Part shown: piece by piece, positions 10,868 to 23,229 of the stretch
Position numbering within the stretch: position 1 is the first letter of the stretch
Layout: each line of letters opens with the position of its first letter
Source of the DNA: Octopus sinensis
Taxonomy: Eukaryota
Reading direction: 5' to 3'
Length of the DNA stretch: 38,615 nucleotides
Assembly (NCBI RefSeq): GCF_006345805.1
Contig: NW_021835716.1
Coordinates: 1 to 38,615, forward strand
Notes under the pieces: model-generated
The model's input: the letters and a program-made list of their open reading frames with translations, nothing else
Told to the model about the DNA's origin: nothing
The model's database searches: none
Position numbers and translations under genes: made by a program

Positions 10868-12411
10868 TAGGGAAGACTGTATTTACATTTCCTATCACCC
10901 AGAAATTATCTTTCGGATCGAGAAGTTAAATAAAAAATAACTCCTTTTAACATGTATTGGAGTGGTTTTAAAAAGTTTATTGTTGGTTCCTCATTCATTA
11001 GTTTTGACTCGCGAAATGAATCTGCATTTATTTTTAGACTTTTGTCAGTTAATAAGATGTGCAGCGGTTTATAAAAACTCGTCATTTTCGTATTTCTTAT
11101 ATAAAAATATCTAAAGATACATTGTGGGTTGGGACTCATTAATGAATATGCATAGTGATTAATCTTCATAAATAGTGATTAATTTTTTCCCTGAAAAGAA
11201 GCATTTACCCTAAACTCGCTTTTGTTTTTATTTCTGTGTCAAGGTTTTTGTTAGCTGAGCGTCGTCGCTCAGACCCAGTGACTCTTTTCGTAATCGAAAA
11301 ATGGTTTTCTCCCGTAACCAAAAAATATTGTTTCTTAGTTTATTCTAGAATTTGTTTTAGAAATAGATTTATACGAAAACTAAAATCGAAATATTTATTT
11401 GACCCAAAAATGAACATGCAACCCTATTTGAATGACCCTGACGTAATTAAAGTGTTAGTGTATTTTAATCCAAATTATATGAATTATACTCAGTTATCGT
11501 CCACCAAGGCTATTCTAACATCAACAGACACTACATTTGTTATGTAATGTCCTGAAGTGGTAAGTGACTCATGATTACTGACCATCAAGTTTAATTACAA
11601 TATTTTTATTTCAGATACAAGCCACAATAGTGAATGTACTGTTTCAGTCTTTTCCATATTTTTTATTTTACAAAAGAATAGAAAAGTCAATCTCTAATGA
11701 TAAAGGAATTGAGATAGTAAACTAAAATTAACACTTTTATTTTAATTAATATATAAAAAAGGATAAGGCCTGTATTCCAAATTCTCGAACAACCTGAATT
11801 TTTGATTAATCCATTATCAGATAAAAGAAAAATTAAATCAAAACGCGCTGGAGAATAAAATTGTGTTTTCTAGGCGCATTCAGTCATGGACAGCCAACTT
11901 ATCGTGAATTCAGAATGCAGAAATCTAGGGAATATTAAATTTCTAGCCCACGAAGTTTTAAAGTTTTAAAGTTTTAAAAATATTTATTTTATAAAAATTA
12001 CACTTCTAAAGTTCTTTTGCTGATCTCTTTAGTAAATATCTGAGATTATTAATTTTTCTTTATTATTTTGGAACACGTCTACAATTCTGTGACTTTGAAA
12101 AATTTGCGACCCAAACTGCGTTGGACTTTTGCCTTCCTATCCAAAACTATATGTTCACTAGTCCAATCAACTAGCTTTAAATTAACCGAATTCTCCTCTT
12201 TACGGAAATTACGAGTAAACCTCGTAAAGTGGTCACACAATGCTAAATGACCTTATTACGTCAAACATGGTTTATTATTATACCGAACTATCCAAACTGT
12301 TCCTCATGCAGATATTATCTCCGCATCTCTATTTTTATACAAACCAATTGTCTTCTTTTTTTAACATCAGCCATTGGGATCTTTGGGAGCGACTGATAGA
12401 TGTCTGATTAG

Positions 12412-14286
12412 TAGGGCAATTTTTTTCAGGCACTTAAAATTTATTTTTAGGACCTTAAAAATAGGCATTTTAGGACTTTATTTTTAATTTTTAGGACTTT
12501 ATTCTACATTTTTAGGCACATTTAATAAGGTATTAAATCAAAAAGTCGTAAAAAATTATTTGTTATAGTAAGGTATTAAATAATTTTTGACATTTTCCGC
12601 ATTGAAACCTCTATCTTTAGTAATTAATTTTTAAGCATAGAAAATGCTCTTTCAACGGTTGATGATGTACACTGACATTTTTCTTATTAGTCCATATTCT
12701 TCAGGGGAGATATTACTTTTCTCCATTTCTATAATTGATTCTATGTCATTTTTGTGTAATCTTTTTTGTATGTATTCATTTATTTCTGCATTATCAGACG
12801 GAAATTTTAACAAACAAAGATCTGAATGTGCATCATTTATTGTATAACTTGTGGATTCCATTTTTTTCAATATTTGATTAAGTATCTGATAATTTTCATT
12901 TATTTCCATTAGACTTTTTCTTAAGGTTGGCGATTCAATTGCTTGTTTTACTTTTTTACTAATATTCCGTCGTCTTTGAAATTCTCCACAATTTCAGCAA
13001 TTGATACAAAATTATTTGCATAATAGTATGCTGCTTGCAGCCAACTACCCCATCTAGTTATGATGACGTCGGGCGGATAACCAATTGTAGAAAACATTTT
13101 TTTTCTAGTTTTGTTTTTCACTATGATGTCTTTATAGTCGCAATAAGATTATCAACGTCCGAATAATACGCCTTTACTCTGAGACAGCAATTATGTAACA
13201 AATGTGCAACACATGTTACATGGAACATCCTAGGATAAAGCATTTTCAATGTTTTTCCGGCTAAAAATAATTCAACAAACTACCCAAAATCATATACGGG
13301 GCTGCATCAGAAAGAAAAAGAAGAAAATTATTGCGTATAATCTCGAATTTTTTAATCTCTTCATCGATAATCTGAAGAATTGTGTTAGCAGTTACAGATT
13401 CATATAAAGGTTCACACGAAATTAAATAGGTCTTCTCTGGATAAGCGATATTCCAATGAGAACAACTACAAACTTCTGTCCATTTACGTCACCCTCGTCA
13501 ACAACCATAAAAATCTTTTGAGATCTAAAAATTAATCATTTGTTAACCTTAGATCACTTTTATACTTGGATAATTTTTGTTCACTGATTGCAGGAATACA
13601 ATTGCGACAGGCTGACTGGGAAGGAAGCGAAATATTCAATTTTTCAAACAATCCTTTAAGCTTGGATTATTGAGCTTATGAAGAGGAATGTTTGCTTCAG
13701 AAAAGGCTTTGGCAACTTCCATCGGCATACTCTGAAAGTCTTCCGTTTCGGTTTGACCGTTGAATAGGGAATCTAAGGATTGTTGGAATCCTTCATTGTT
13801 ATCTAAAAAAAATAATTTTAAATTACTCAAAAGCTTTAGATGTTTTGTAGATTGTCTATGCTGATCAATATTATTTTTTTTGATGCATTGACGTAGATCA
13901 TACATATTTTACAATATAGACTGCCTTTAATCACTGTGAATTCTTTTACGTAAGTTTCATAGGCTTTTAGAGCTTTAGACTTTATTGTAGAACGTACACG
14001 TGGCATTTGAACACAAAAAAGTAATTTATAGCGTGCCTAATTTGTTATTTTTAAAATATTTTTTTGTAACATTTAAAAATAATTTATTTTAAAAATTTTT
14101 AAGACCTTAAAAAAATTTTTAGGACCTTAAAAAAATTTTTTAGGACCTTAACAATTTTTTAAGCATTTAAGGCATTTATAACTCGTTGTAGATAAATCTA
14201 TTTTAATTAAATTATAGCTTAAATTAATTATTTAAATAAATAGACCTTTTGGTGCAAAAAGGCATTTTAGGCAAAAAATTGCCCTA
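12412..14286 (-). mobile_element. hAT-superfamily element (CGGBP1-like transposase, decayed), 1875 bp
   Basis: TIR TAGGGCAATTTTTT / AAAAAATTGCCCTA. Perfect 8-bp TSD CTGATTAG at 12404-12411 and 14287-14294. Subterminal TTTTAGGAC(C/T)TTA arrays at both ends. Remnant peptides AFSEANIPLHKLNNPSL and PPDVIITRWGSWLQAAYYY. Confidence 0.9.
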
Positions 14287-14442
14287 CTGATTAGTTATTC
14301 GCTTGCTGCATCATAGAAAAGTTGGTCTAAATAAATAGCTGATTAGATAGTTTTTTTTCAAAATCCGGAGAATTCTTGCTTTTGTTAATCATAAACAAGT
14401 TCTCTGACGAAATCGCGCAAATTAATAAAATCATCAAAAATA

Positions 14443-14471
14443 GCTTGTCCGGTTTTCAGTGACGAGGAGTG
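14443..14471 (-). mobile_element. Solo terminal inverted repeat of a second Tc1-like element
   Basis: The reverse complement reads TA|CACTCCTCGTCACTGAAAACCGGACAAGC and shares ACCGGACAAGC with the Tc1 at 9378. No partner end was found. Confidence 0.55.
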
Positions 14472-14879
14472 TACATTACTTTATATTTTTTCTTTTGGAT
14501 GTTTGATAATTTTATTTAAAATTTTGAATTTTTGACTATTTTAATTTAAATAACTAAAAGTCCAAGAAATTTAAAAATAAGGTTTGTTACTAAAAATCTG
14601 ATTATTTATAAATTTTAGTCCCGATTTTTAGTACCCGTCTCCGAAAAAGGGTTGAAAGATTGCTCAATTTATCTGGCCATAAATAATCTTAATCTTTTTT
14701 TGTTGATAGAAAAAAATCAATTATTAATTAGAGTTATGTACCAGCGCAAGGACGCAGTGTGCGTCGCTCCCAAAGATTTCAATCTTGATATTTAATTTCA
14801 AATAGACTAGATCCGCAATTAATAAAATAACGTAAGATAAAAAGTTAGAAATGCACATTCTTAAGATTCAGAATGTAAA

Positions 14880-15790
14880 ACGAACACCAAAGGGCTATAA
14901 GTCAATACAATTAAATGCGTTCTTCATATCAAGTTTTACTACGATGTAATTTGAATGAAATAGGTGGCAAAAATCGATAAAGTCCTTACGACGTAGATAA
15001 AAGTTTCACAGCCATCCTTGACTTCAAACCCCAGCTGAATGTTTTGAAAAATTTGTGGGAAAAATAGATCTTGCACTCGCAATTTTTGAGATCAGCCTTT
15101 TAAATACGTTACCAATAAAGATTTGTCTAATTCCGCCGTCTTTTTTATACAGTGCAGTCATGTTCCTAGAGAAAAACTAAGAACGGGAAAAATTAGATAA
15201 ATCTCCTTATAGAAAGAGATTTATTACAGAGATCATCGCTAAGATTATTTTTAACAGAAGTACATTCTAATGTGGCTGAGGCGTAGTCTATCGATGCCAC
15301 CACAACTGCTTGGAAATACGACTTTAAACTCCGAAATAATTCGTCCTTTATGACTTTGTGTTTAGGCTAACAAGTCAAATGTGATGGAACAGGATGTAAT
15401 AGGTGTTTTTCGCGAAGCAAATTAAGAATATTTTTAATTCACTCCAGCAATTCGGTTGTCAGAACTCAAAATCCTCAATGCGACAAAGAAATCTTCGACT
15501 ATTAACTTAGTGCGGACTCTTTTCCTGATGGTGCCTTCGGAGGTTAGAAAATTGTCGGGAGGTAACAAATGTTCACTGCCAACCATAGATTCAATGGAGA
15601 ATCGCTATAAGTGACAATAGAATTTTTAATTTTGATGGCCAATAAATCAGGCGAGAGTTTGCTAATGATCAAACTTAAGCTGAAAAAGGTAAAGCAAAAC
15701 ATTTTCGCCCAGTCGTTGTTGCAATTGGTTTGTATTGCTTTGAAAAGCTATCGGAGGCTAGAGTCTAAAATGCGTCAGAATTCTAATTGC
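14880..15790 (-). pseudogene. CRE-clade non-LTR retrotransposon, N-terminal and RT-start portion (decayed)
   Basis: IRKRVRTKLIVEDFFVALRILSSDN; FPSSCGGIDRLRLSHI; MTALYKKDGGIRQIFIGNVFKRLISKIA; QLGFEVKDGCE; VKLDMKNAFNCID. These match the CRE-type pre-RT and RT domains. Confidence 0.75.
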
Positions 15791-15814
15791 GACATGTCAC
15801 AGTCGGTGGTATTT

Positions 15815-16500
15815 GGAAAAATATATCTCACGAGACGCTGGGCCAACCTCGCGAATAGCAAAGCCATTCCCAGAAGTTCCAAAAGCCAGGATGACTCTCT
15901 GGAATCGTGTCTTATTTTTGATATCCGTCGACCGAGGAAGCGAAGGAAGCAAAACATCTTGGGGTAAAAGATTCCCAAACACTCCAAAACAATTGGGGGT
16001 AAAAAGAAGCGAATTCGAGAGGTGGCCCTACTTGAAAACCTTACGATCTTCGGCCAGCCTCAAAACGTGCCAGGATTGACATCGGACAAAGCGAGATTTC
16101 CGCACGAGAACGTTTCCAACCAGGTGGAGTCTCAAATAAGGGATTTCCCTTGCTCGTAAGGAAAGTTGGTCATGCCGTCTGGGCGTTTGCCGGCTCTCTG
16201 AATGATTGCGTTGAGTTCACTGTGGCGAGGGGCACGACCGGCACTCCGACGGCAAGCGGGAGGGACCAAACCGTACTCGTCAACAGCTTCCCCCACGGCG
16301 GTATTTGTGCGTTTGACAGATCTTCAGTTCAACATGGAGGGATATTGCGATTTTTAAGAAATCGTTTTTCGCCAGATTCCTGATGGAAGGGAGAGCCTTT
16401 AACCAAGCACAGCTGCTTTGGCAGCAACCTGCACGTAAGCATGCGAGTCGGTGTTGGGTGGAGACAGAGAGGAGGGCTTCGAAAGTCGCTGTTAGAACTA
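15815..16500 (-). pseudogene. CRE-clade retrotransposon C-terminus with restriction-like endonuclease (decayed)
   Basis: SCAWLKALPS...FLKIAISLHVELKICQTHKY; EAVDEYG...SAGRAPRHSELNAIIQRA; GKRPDGMTNFPYEQGKSLI*DST; LRFLGRRISKIRHDSRESSWL. The RH..N / RPD / WD RLE signature is present. Confidence 0.8.
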
Positions 16501-16609
16501 TAGATCTTATCAAAAGCAAAGTATAGGTCTTCAGGTTTAATGTGGATCTTATCAAAATCAAAGTGGGTCTTAGCAAATGGAACAATAAAATTATTTAATA
16601 AACCATGTC

Positions 16610-17209
16610 ATCATTATTTAGCACCGATGGGGCTAACCTCTGAATTCTAGCAATTACGATGTTGTAAGGAGATAAGGCTCTAATGGATGGCTAGACCGCT
16701 TTAAAAAATGTCATGAACTATTTTTTAGAGCAATATGCAACAATTTATCATATTTTTAAGGGAGACATGGAATCGAGTAACAAAAGACACAATAACTAAT
16801 TGTTGGAATAAAAAATGAATCAAGAATTAATGATTTCTAAATTAATCAAAACATTGCAGATAGAATTTGATGGAACTGAAAATGACTCAATTATATGATG
16901 GGTGTGATACTAAAATTGTGAATCATAACATCAAAGACAAGATGAATATAATGAATATTTTAAAAATTCATTATTAAATGTATGTTCCGAAAGTGAATAT
17001 TATGTTTTAAAATGAATGACTGGCAGAAATCGAGGAAATATTGAAGGGAAAATTAGCGATTCCTTTTTTTAATTGATAAATAAAATGGATTTTTTGATTT
17101 TTAAATGCTATTTTATTTAAAGAAATTAAAGAAAAAGCTGGGAAAAGGGTGTAAATTATCATACCCTCTGTATTTGGGACAGATTTCTATTGGGGCAGGG
17201 GTTCAACTG
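16610..17209 (+). mobile_element. Internally deleted pogo/Tigger remnant
   Basis: Fragments (S)NGWLDRFKKCH (CENP-B HTH) and TWNRVTKDTITNCWNKK (DDE-1 C-terminus). The right end is GGGGCAGGGGTTCAACTG|TA. Confidence 0.6.
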
Positions 17210-17380
17210 TAATATTGGAATTTTACTGGAATTTCCTCCGATTGATATTCCAATAATGAAATAATAAAATTTTTTCTTTATTTTATTGCCTTTTCTGGTT
17301 CATACCTGATATCTTTCAAAGAATAACAGGAACGGTCCAAGTGGACTCGAATGGTTTCTTTTGACACATTTAAGCTGAAA

Positions 17381-17815
17381 GCCCCCTTGGCTGAAGACTA
17401 AGCTATGGATAATGGATCTGGACAGTCGTGAGTTCGATTCCGAAGGAGGCTAGTCTCATCCGGGGGTCAATTCTCGTTATCGTTCCCCTGCCCGTGAGGC
17501 AACGAGTACTTATGGCACGACACAGTTGGAAATGGGGATCTCTTACCTTCCTTCCGGTCTTAGCGTGGCGTTATGGGGTCCACCATGTCAGTTGGAACTT
17601 CCAATCGGATATGGAAACGCTCAGGAGGCACTTAATGCCTACCGAAAAAGGACTTCTAGAACTCTGACCCTGGGACATCGTCGTCTCAGTCCGTTCATTG
17701 TGGGCAGGATCGAACCTTTCAGAAGGATCTCCCTCGCATGAATCGGGGGATCACGGGGGATTATAATTAACTGGCTTACCCTGGTTCTTTGGTCAATAAA
17801 AAGTGTTATTAAAAA
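17381..17815 (+). mobile_element. tRNA-headed SINE-like element or Pol III ncRNA
   Basis: The 70-nt head has acceptor-like pairing GCCCCCT/AGGAGGC (6 of 7), a D-like stem GCT/AGC, an A-box-like TGGCTGAAG and a B-box GAGTTCGATTCC. It is followed by a GC-rich non-coding body and AATAAA with A-rich sequence near 17795. No TSD was found. Confidence 0.55.
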
Positions 17816-19619
17816 AGAATTCTCAAGGGTAATTCTCAGGTTAAGTTCGATTTGTTCAACACAATAATTTTTATGCTGATCAAGAATTTTTTGCTTTTGA
17901 CCCCTTTCGCTGATTAGGTTTATCCTTCTTTTTCAACCAATAATAAGTAGTAGTTTTCGGAACATCGAGAGATTTTTCAAGTTCCATCAAGTCACCATCT
18001 TCTTCATAACTTTGATGATAAGATTTTTCTTAATTGCAGCTTCAGCTTTTTTTATTTGTGAAAAAAACATCTTCCGGCAAATCTGGTGCATCTGTTGTTT
18101 CTCTAGCCAATTTTAGGAGGTGGTTGGTGGCCCTCAAATTGTTTCCTAAATATAATTATTAAATAAAATCACTAACTGATTGAACTTTTTTTGACTGTAA
18201 CGTATCAGCTTGTTCAGATTTTTCCAAAAATTCCATTAGCTCTTCATTTTCAGTATATCCATAATCAACAAATTCACTATAAGATATTGGATTGTCAATT
18301 TGAAATTTCTTAATTATTTCTTCATAATTATTTTTGTAGTTCTTAGATTTACTGTTGATTGTGATTGTTTCATTAAAATGAGCAATAGATTTTTCACCAT
18401 CATTTACTGATCCACTGTCTCCATGAAATTTTCTTAACAAAATCAAAAAAACTCATAATATTTAATAATTAATCTATCATTAACAGTTGTTTTTGTGCTT
18501 AATTATCTGATAAACTGTAATCATGTGAATTTAATCGATCGTCTCTTTCTATCTTTGTTTGAAAATAATTTTTAGAATCGGAAAAACTAATATTTTGCTA
18601 TATTAAGTGGATGTAAGAATAAATGTTGCATGAGTCGGTCCCTGAAATGAACTGAGAGCATCAGACTTTAGCTGAATTTTTATTATAAATTCCAAATTAA
18701 TGAATTAATTGGAGTGGAAAAATATCTTATCATGCTAAACTATTTATTTTAGTAAAAACCAAAAATAAGAAAATCTAAATATGTGATCACCATCTTTTAA
18801 TCGTGCTTAGGCCGACTTCCGAATGATTGAAATATTTTTTTAATGCCGTTTTTGATATACAGGGCTTAATTATTTGTGTAGTCTGACTTTAATTAAACCC
18901 GACATATTTTCATCGGTGAGTCGTGTTCTACAAACAATTTTTGTTAATTTCATAAATGAAAAAAGTTGTTCACTCACATATGTCAAACTAAACATAACAA
19001 TTATTTTGGAGGAAAAATTTCTAAAGTATTTAAACATGTGGCATGTGGTTTATTTGGGTATTTGAGGCATGTCGAGGAGACCGGCTGATGAAGGTTAGGG
19101 AGGTTTACGACATAACCGACAGGATTCCGTCCAAAGTTGATTTTTGACTGTTTATTCGACGTTTGAAGGTTTGTGGGGGTGAGAGATTTGGGGTACATTT
19201 CGCGGAGGAATTCGTCGCACGGTCGTGATTTATTCAGGCGTTTTGTGCGTGTGTGGCTGAGTTTTGTGAAGAGTTGGATTTGGTGAAAATTGTTTTTCGG
19301 GCATCACATTTGGTTGCATTTGAATTTGAATCGAACGTGGAGAGGATTTTTGGTGATAAGAAACAGGTCTCTCAAATGGTTTCTAAATATCACATTTGTA
19401 ATGTCATTCCATATTTCTGGAATACCACAAGGGATATCTATATTCTTAATGCACTCAACAGCCACTCAAGATAACTTTGGGGAATATCACTATACTATTT
19501 CATAGTCTTTTTTAATTTATAAGCTACCTATGGAATGTTCTGAACATGATTTTGTTAAAAAAGTTTAGTTTTAATTTTTGAATTTTATTTTATAATAAAT
19601 AATAATAATAACGTGTTTG

Positions 19620-20060
19620 TATTTCTATGCCGAAGAGAATTTCTGTCAAAGACAAATTAGAGATTGCGAAGGCTTTAAAAACTAAAAATATGTCTGAAAG
19701 GGACAAGATTGTTTTTACTTCATTTCAAAAGTAATAATTAAATATGCCTAAATTAGATCTGGGAATAATTCGTTCATTTAAAACATGTTACTCACACGAA
19801 TTGGTTAAATTTATATGCTTTTTTGAAGGCGAAGAATTAATATTAAATGGTATTCACAGTAGACAAATATGAAATAATCTTTTAAGGTCTATCAAATATA
19901 AATATGAGAAATGTTTTGTTAGCAATTGAAGATGCTTAGATGAGTGTTACTATTAAAACGATCACGAATTGCTGGAATAAAATTAATGAGCAACGTACAG
20001 ATGATAAAAAAATATAACCAAATAAATGAATAAAAGATCGAAGAAACGTCAAGGAAATTA
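19620..20060 (+). mobile_element. Deleted pogo/Tigger derivative
   Basis: MPKRISVKDKLEIAKALK (HTH-like start), MPKLDLGIIRSFKTCY and VTIKTITNCWNKINE are joined by large deletions. Confidence 0.55.
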
Positions 20061-21063
20061 TATCAGTAGAAATCTCTTGTATAGAAAATGACGAGGCGTT
20101 AGACTGTATTACCTAACTTAGTTAGCTTAACTTTTTTTCTTGTAGTTAACATTTGTCTGAAATAGATTGTTTAGCATATAGCAGACATTTGATTACTGAC
20201 AACTATGTAAAGCGAAAGAAAATGAATAAATAAGAAAAATACATTTAAATAAAAAACGTGTCCTCTTCCGATTTAAACTAGCTAGTAGTTCGAGTGTAGA
20301 GTTTGCCGCAGATTAGTGTGGGGAAAATCTACCAGTACTTTTGTATATAATGGGCATTTGATTGCACACACAAAATGTTTAAAGTTCGAATTCGAGGATG
20401 ATTATTTCACGCAAGCTATATGGCTGTCTGATCCATAATTTGTGTCACATTAATGAATATTTTCCTAACTTAGTAAATACAACATGTTGTGGACTATTTT
20501 ATTTTGTTGAGTCCTCCATTCAATACGGCAACTTGAAATGACTTTCTATTCTTTTCCTGGCAATTTTAGGGAAACTTTTTTTATTTATATTTTCATTATT
20601 AGTTATCAAATAAAATATACATTAATATACACCATCGTTAGAGAACTTCAACCTGAATGACTAAATATAGTTTTTAATTAGTTTAAATCACTATAATCAA
20701 ATTTCACCGGTTTTTGAGCGGACCCGGAACCTCCTTAAACCGCCTTATAAGTCGATATAAATATGTACATATGACTGTTAATAAACTATTTTCTATATTT
20801 TTGTTTGAAAATGCGCTTGCGGTCCGAGCGGATGCCGGATCCAGGGAAAAACAATTTGTAAGTTAATCTCCTCCAAGCAATTTCTGAAGTTCGAGATTTC
20901 TACTTGTTTCCTTGTTGGAAATTGTTTGCTATTACTTTTAACATGTAATAACACTTATCAATTTAATTAATGACTTAAACAGAAAGTAATAAAAGAAACA
21001 AATAAGTTAAAAATGATTATTAATCCGATGCTCAACATTCTTGGCGAAGTGGAATTCCCTATA

Positions 21064-22292
21064 AACCTATCGTCATGAAAATATTTTTAATTGCGATGAA
21101 ACATCTTTGTATGTTAAAAAATTTCCTTCAAGATCTTATGTCGAATCGATAGAAGCATGTCATGGTACAAAATTCAGTAAAGAAAGAGTAACAGTCCTCC
21201 TTTGCTGTAATGCAGCAGGAAAAAAATTAAGACCTCTTGTTGTTGGAAAATACAAATCACCTCATTGTATGAAAAGTTGGCTTAATTATATTTGAACATA
21301 GATTTTGATTGTGAAAAATTCGGTATTTTATATGCAGCGTCAAAAAATTCCTGGATGAACAGAGAAATTTTCAAAATGTGGCTATCAAAGATTAACGACG
21401 ACTTTCTCTCACAAGATAGAAAAATAATTTTAATAATGGATAATGCTACATGCCATTCTTTATTGGAATACTCAAATGTTAAATTGTTTTTTCTTCCAAA
21501 AAACACAACATCTTTGATTCAACCTCTAGACATGGGTATAATAAAATGTTTTAAAGTATATTACACAAACTTCCTAATGGACTTTATGTTCGATTTGAAA
21601 GAAGATACAACAATTAATCCTAAATCTTTGAAAAATATAGATATGCGACAGATTATGGTACTTGTTAGAAAAGCGTGGATGGAAGTTAAAGAAACAACAA
21701 TAATTAATTGTTGGAAGAAAATTGAGGAAAATAGAGAAGAATTAGTTGAAGATAAAAATTGCGGGGAAGAAGTCCTGGAAGAAATAATAACTGAAGTAAT
21801 ATCTGAAGAAAATGAAGATCTAGTCAAAAGTCGCGAATTTTATAATAAAATTGAGATAGAGGACAAAACAACGATATTAGAAACGTATGAAATGATGGAT
21901 AAGTTGGAAAATGTAGCGCAAAATACATCTTTCGAGACACTCCAAAAATATTACGAGTTTAGATTTTAACTTGGAAAAGATTTAAGAAATAAGAAAAATT
22001 TGAAATTGACTGATTATTTCAAAAAAAATGTTTTAAAAATAATGATTTATTTTAATCAAAATCAAATTAAAAAACAGAATAAAAATCTATCAAACTATAG
22101 AGCAAAAAAGCACAACTTATTGTATTATCGGCATATAAACACTTTGTAAGATGTAAAAGAGTTCTTTGTTCGCAAAGTAAACCAAAATTTAAGTTAAATG
22201 AACTATAATTCAATAGTTTGAACCAGACCCTTGTTTGGAAGGGCACCCCCGCTTTTTAAGGCACTTTGGTGCTCCACCCCGGAGTTGGACTG
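21064..22292 (+). mobile_element. pogo/Tigger transposon, 5'-truncated, with frameshifted DDE-1 transposase (about 21064-21969)
   Basis: NIFNCDETSLY...SKERVTVLLCCNAAG.KLRPLVVGK; SWMNREIF; IILIMDNATCH; FLPKNTTSLIQPLDMGIIK. One frameshift near 21290. The right TIR ends ...GGAGTTGGACTG|TA. Confidence 0.88.
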
Positions 22293-23229
22293 TATTAAAT
22301 AAAATTTACGTAATTTTATTACAAAATATTTTATATAAAAACTCGAATAATTAATTGATAATAATATGTTTCAAAATGTTGATGATTTAAAGTTAATAAT
22401 TCTAAAACATTATAACTGTCCAGATTAAAAAACGAAAACTTAAGAAACATAGTAAATTATAAAACAATATTAAAACTTACTTTTTTATACAAAATTTATC
22501 ACGTAACACTTTCATACAAATTTATCATTTTACAATAGAAATTCATTCAACAAAAGACGTATTAGTGTTGCTGAATTGTTTTTAGAAGACAATCCTTCGT
22601 TCTGGAAGAAAAAGAAGGTTTTAGTCACCTAGAATCTTTGATAAGTCTTCTTCGTTTGACAATTGAGGAACACTAATTATAACCACAAACACAAACTTTC
22701 TCGCCACACAGTTATAAACATCAATACTGGACTTAACCACGTGCCATTCAGCACAATTCCATTTCCTTATGTTGGCTATTTTTTTGCTGATTTTGTACAG
22801 TCTAATAGGTTTCCGCCAATATGACATACAGAGCACGTAGGCGTATCTGCGGTTTTTTTCCGTGGTTTGGCAGTACTCATGGAACAAATTAGAATGGAAT
22901 GATTGAGGATTTATTTATTTATTTATTGAACCAGAAAACCACCGTCATAGCCAAAAGAAAGAAAAATTGAGGATTTATACTAATATTAAAAAGTATTATT
23001 ACTAAATATTTTGTATATTAAATGTAAAAAGATATAATATTCTTTGATTTGAAATTGAGATTATATTTACGTAAATATAATAGGAAATGAAAAACACTCA
23101 ATGGCCATGTTCAAATACAATGCACATCCAGATTATTTTCGATTATAAAAATACTCATATTCTCTTCTCTTACCGTCATTTCAGTTTTCTTTACATGTAT
23201 GCTAAGAAATTATTTTTCAAGCTCCCCAG

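Noticed and set aside
11255-11272. Perfect hairpin CTGAGCG-TCGT-CGCTCAG as a Helitron end or terminator
   Set aside because: There is no properly spaced CTRR, no matching 5' end and no Helitron coding remnant nearby.
12379-14777. 15-bp inverted repeat ATCTTTGGGAGCGAC / GTCGCTCCCAAAGAT as TIRs of a larger element
   Set aside because: There is no TSD and no extension. One 15-mer match is near chance expectation for a window this size.
17460-17520. HDV-like ribozyme in the SINE-like body
   Set aside because: A nested stem exists, but the G+1, the P1.1 GG and the catalytic C/P2 closure are not identifiable.
19085-19121. Hammerhead ribozyme core (CTGATGA followed by a GGTTA/TAACC stem)
   Set aside because: GACA follows the stem instead of GAAA, the register is off by one, and I find no stems I/III with a cleavage triplet.
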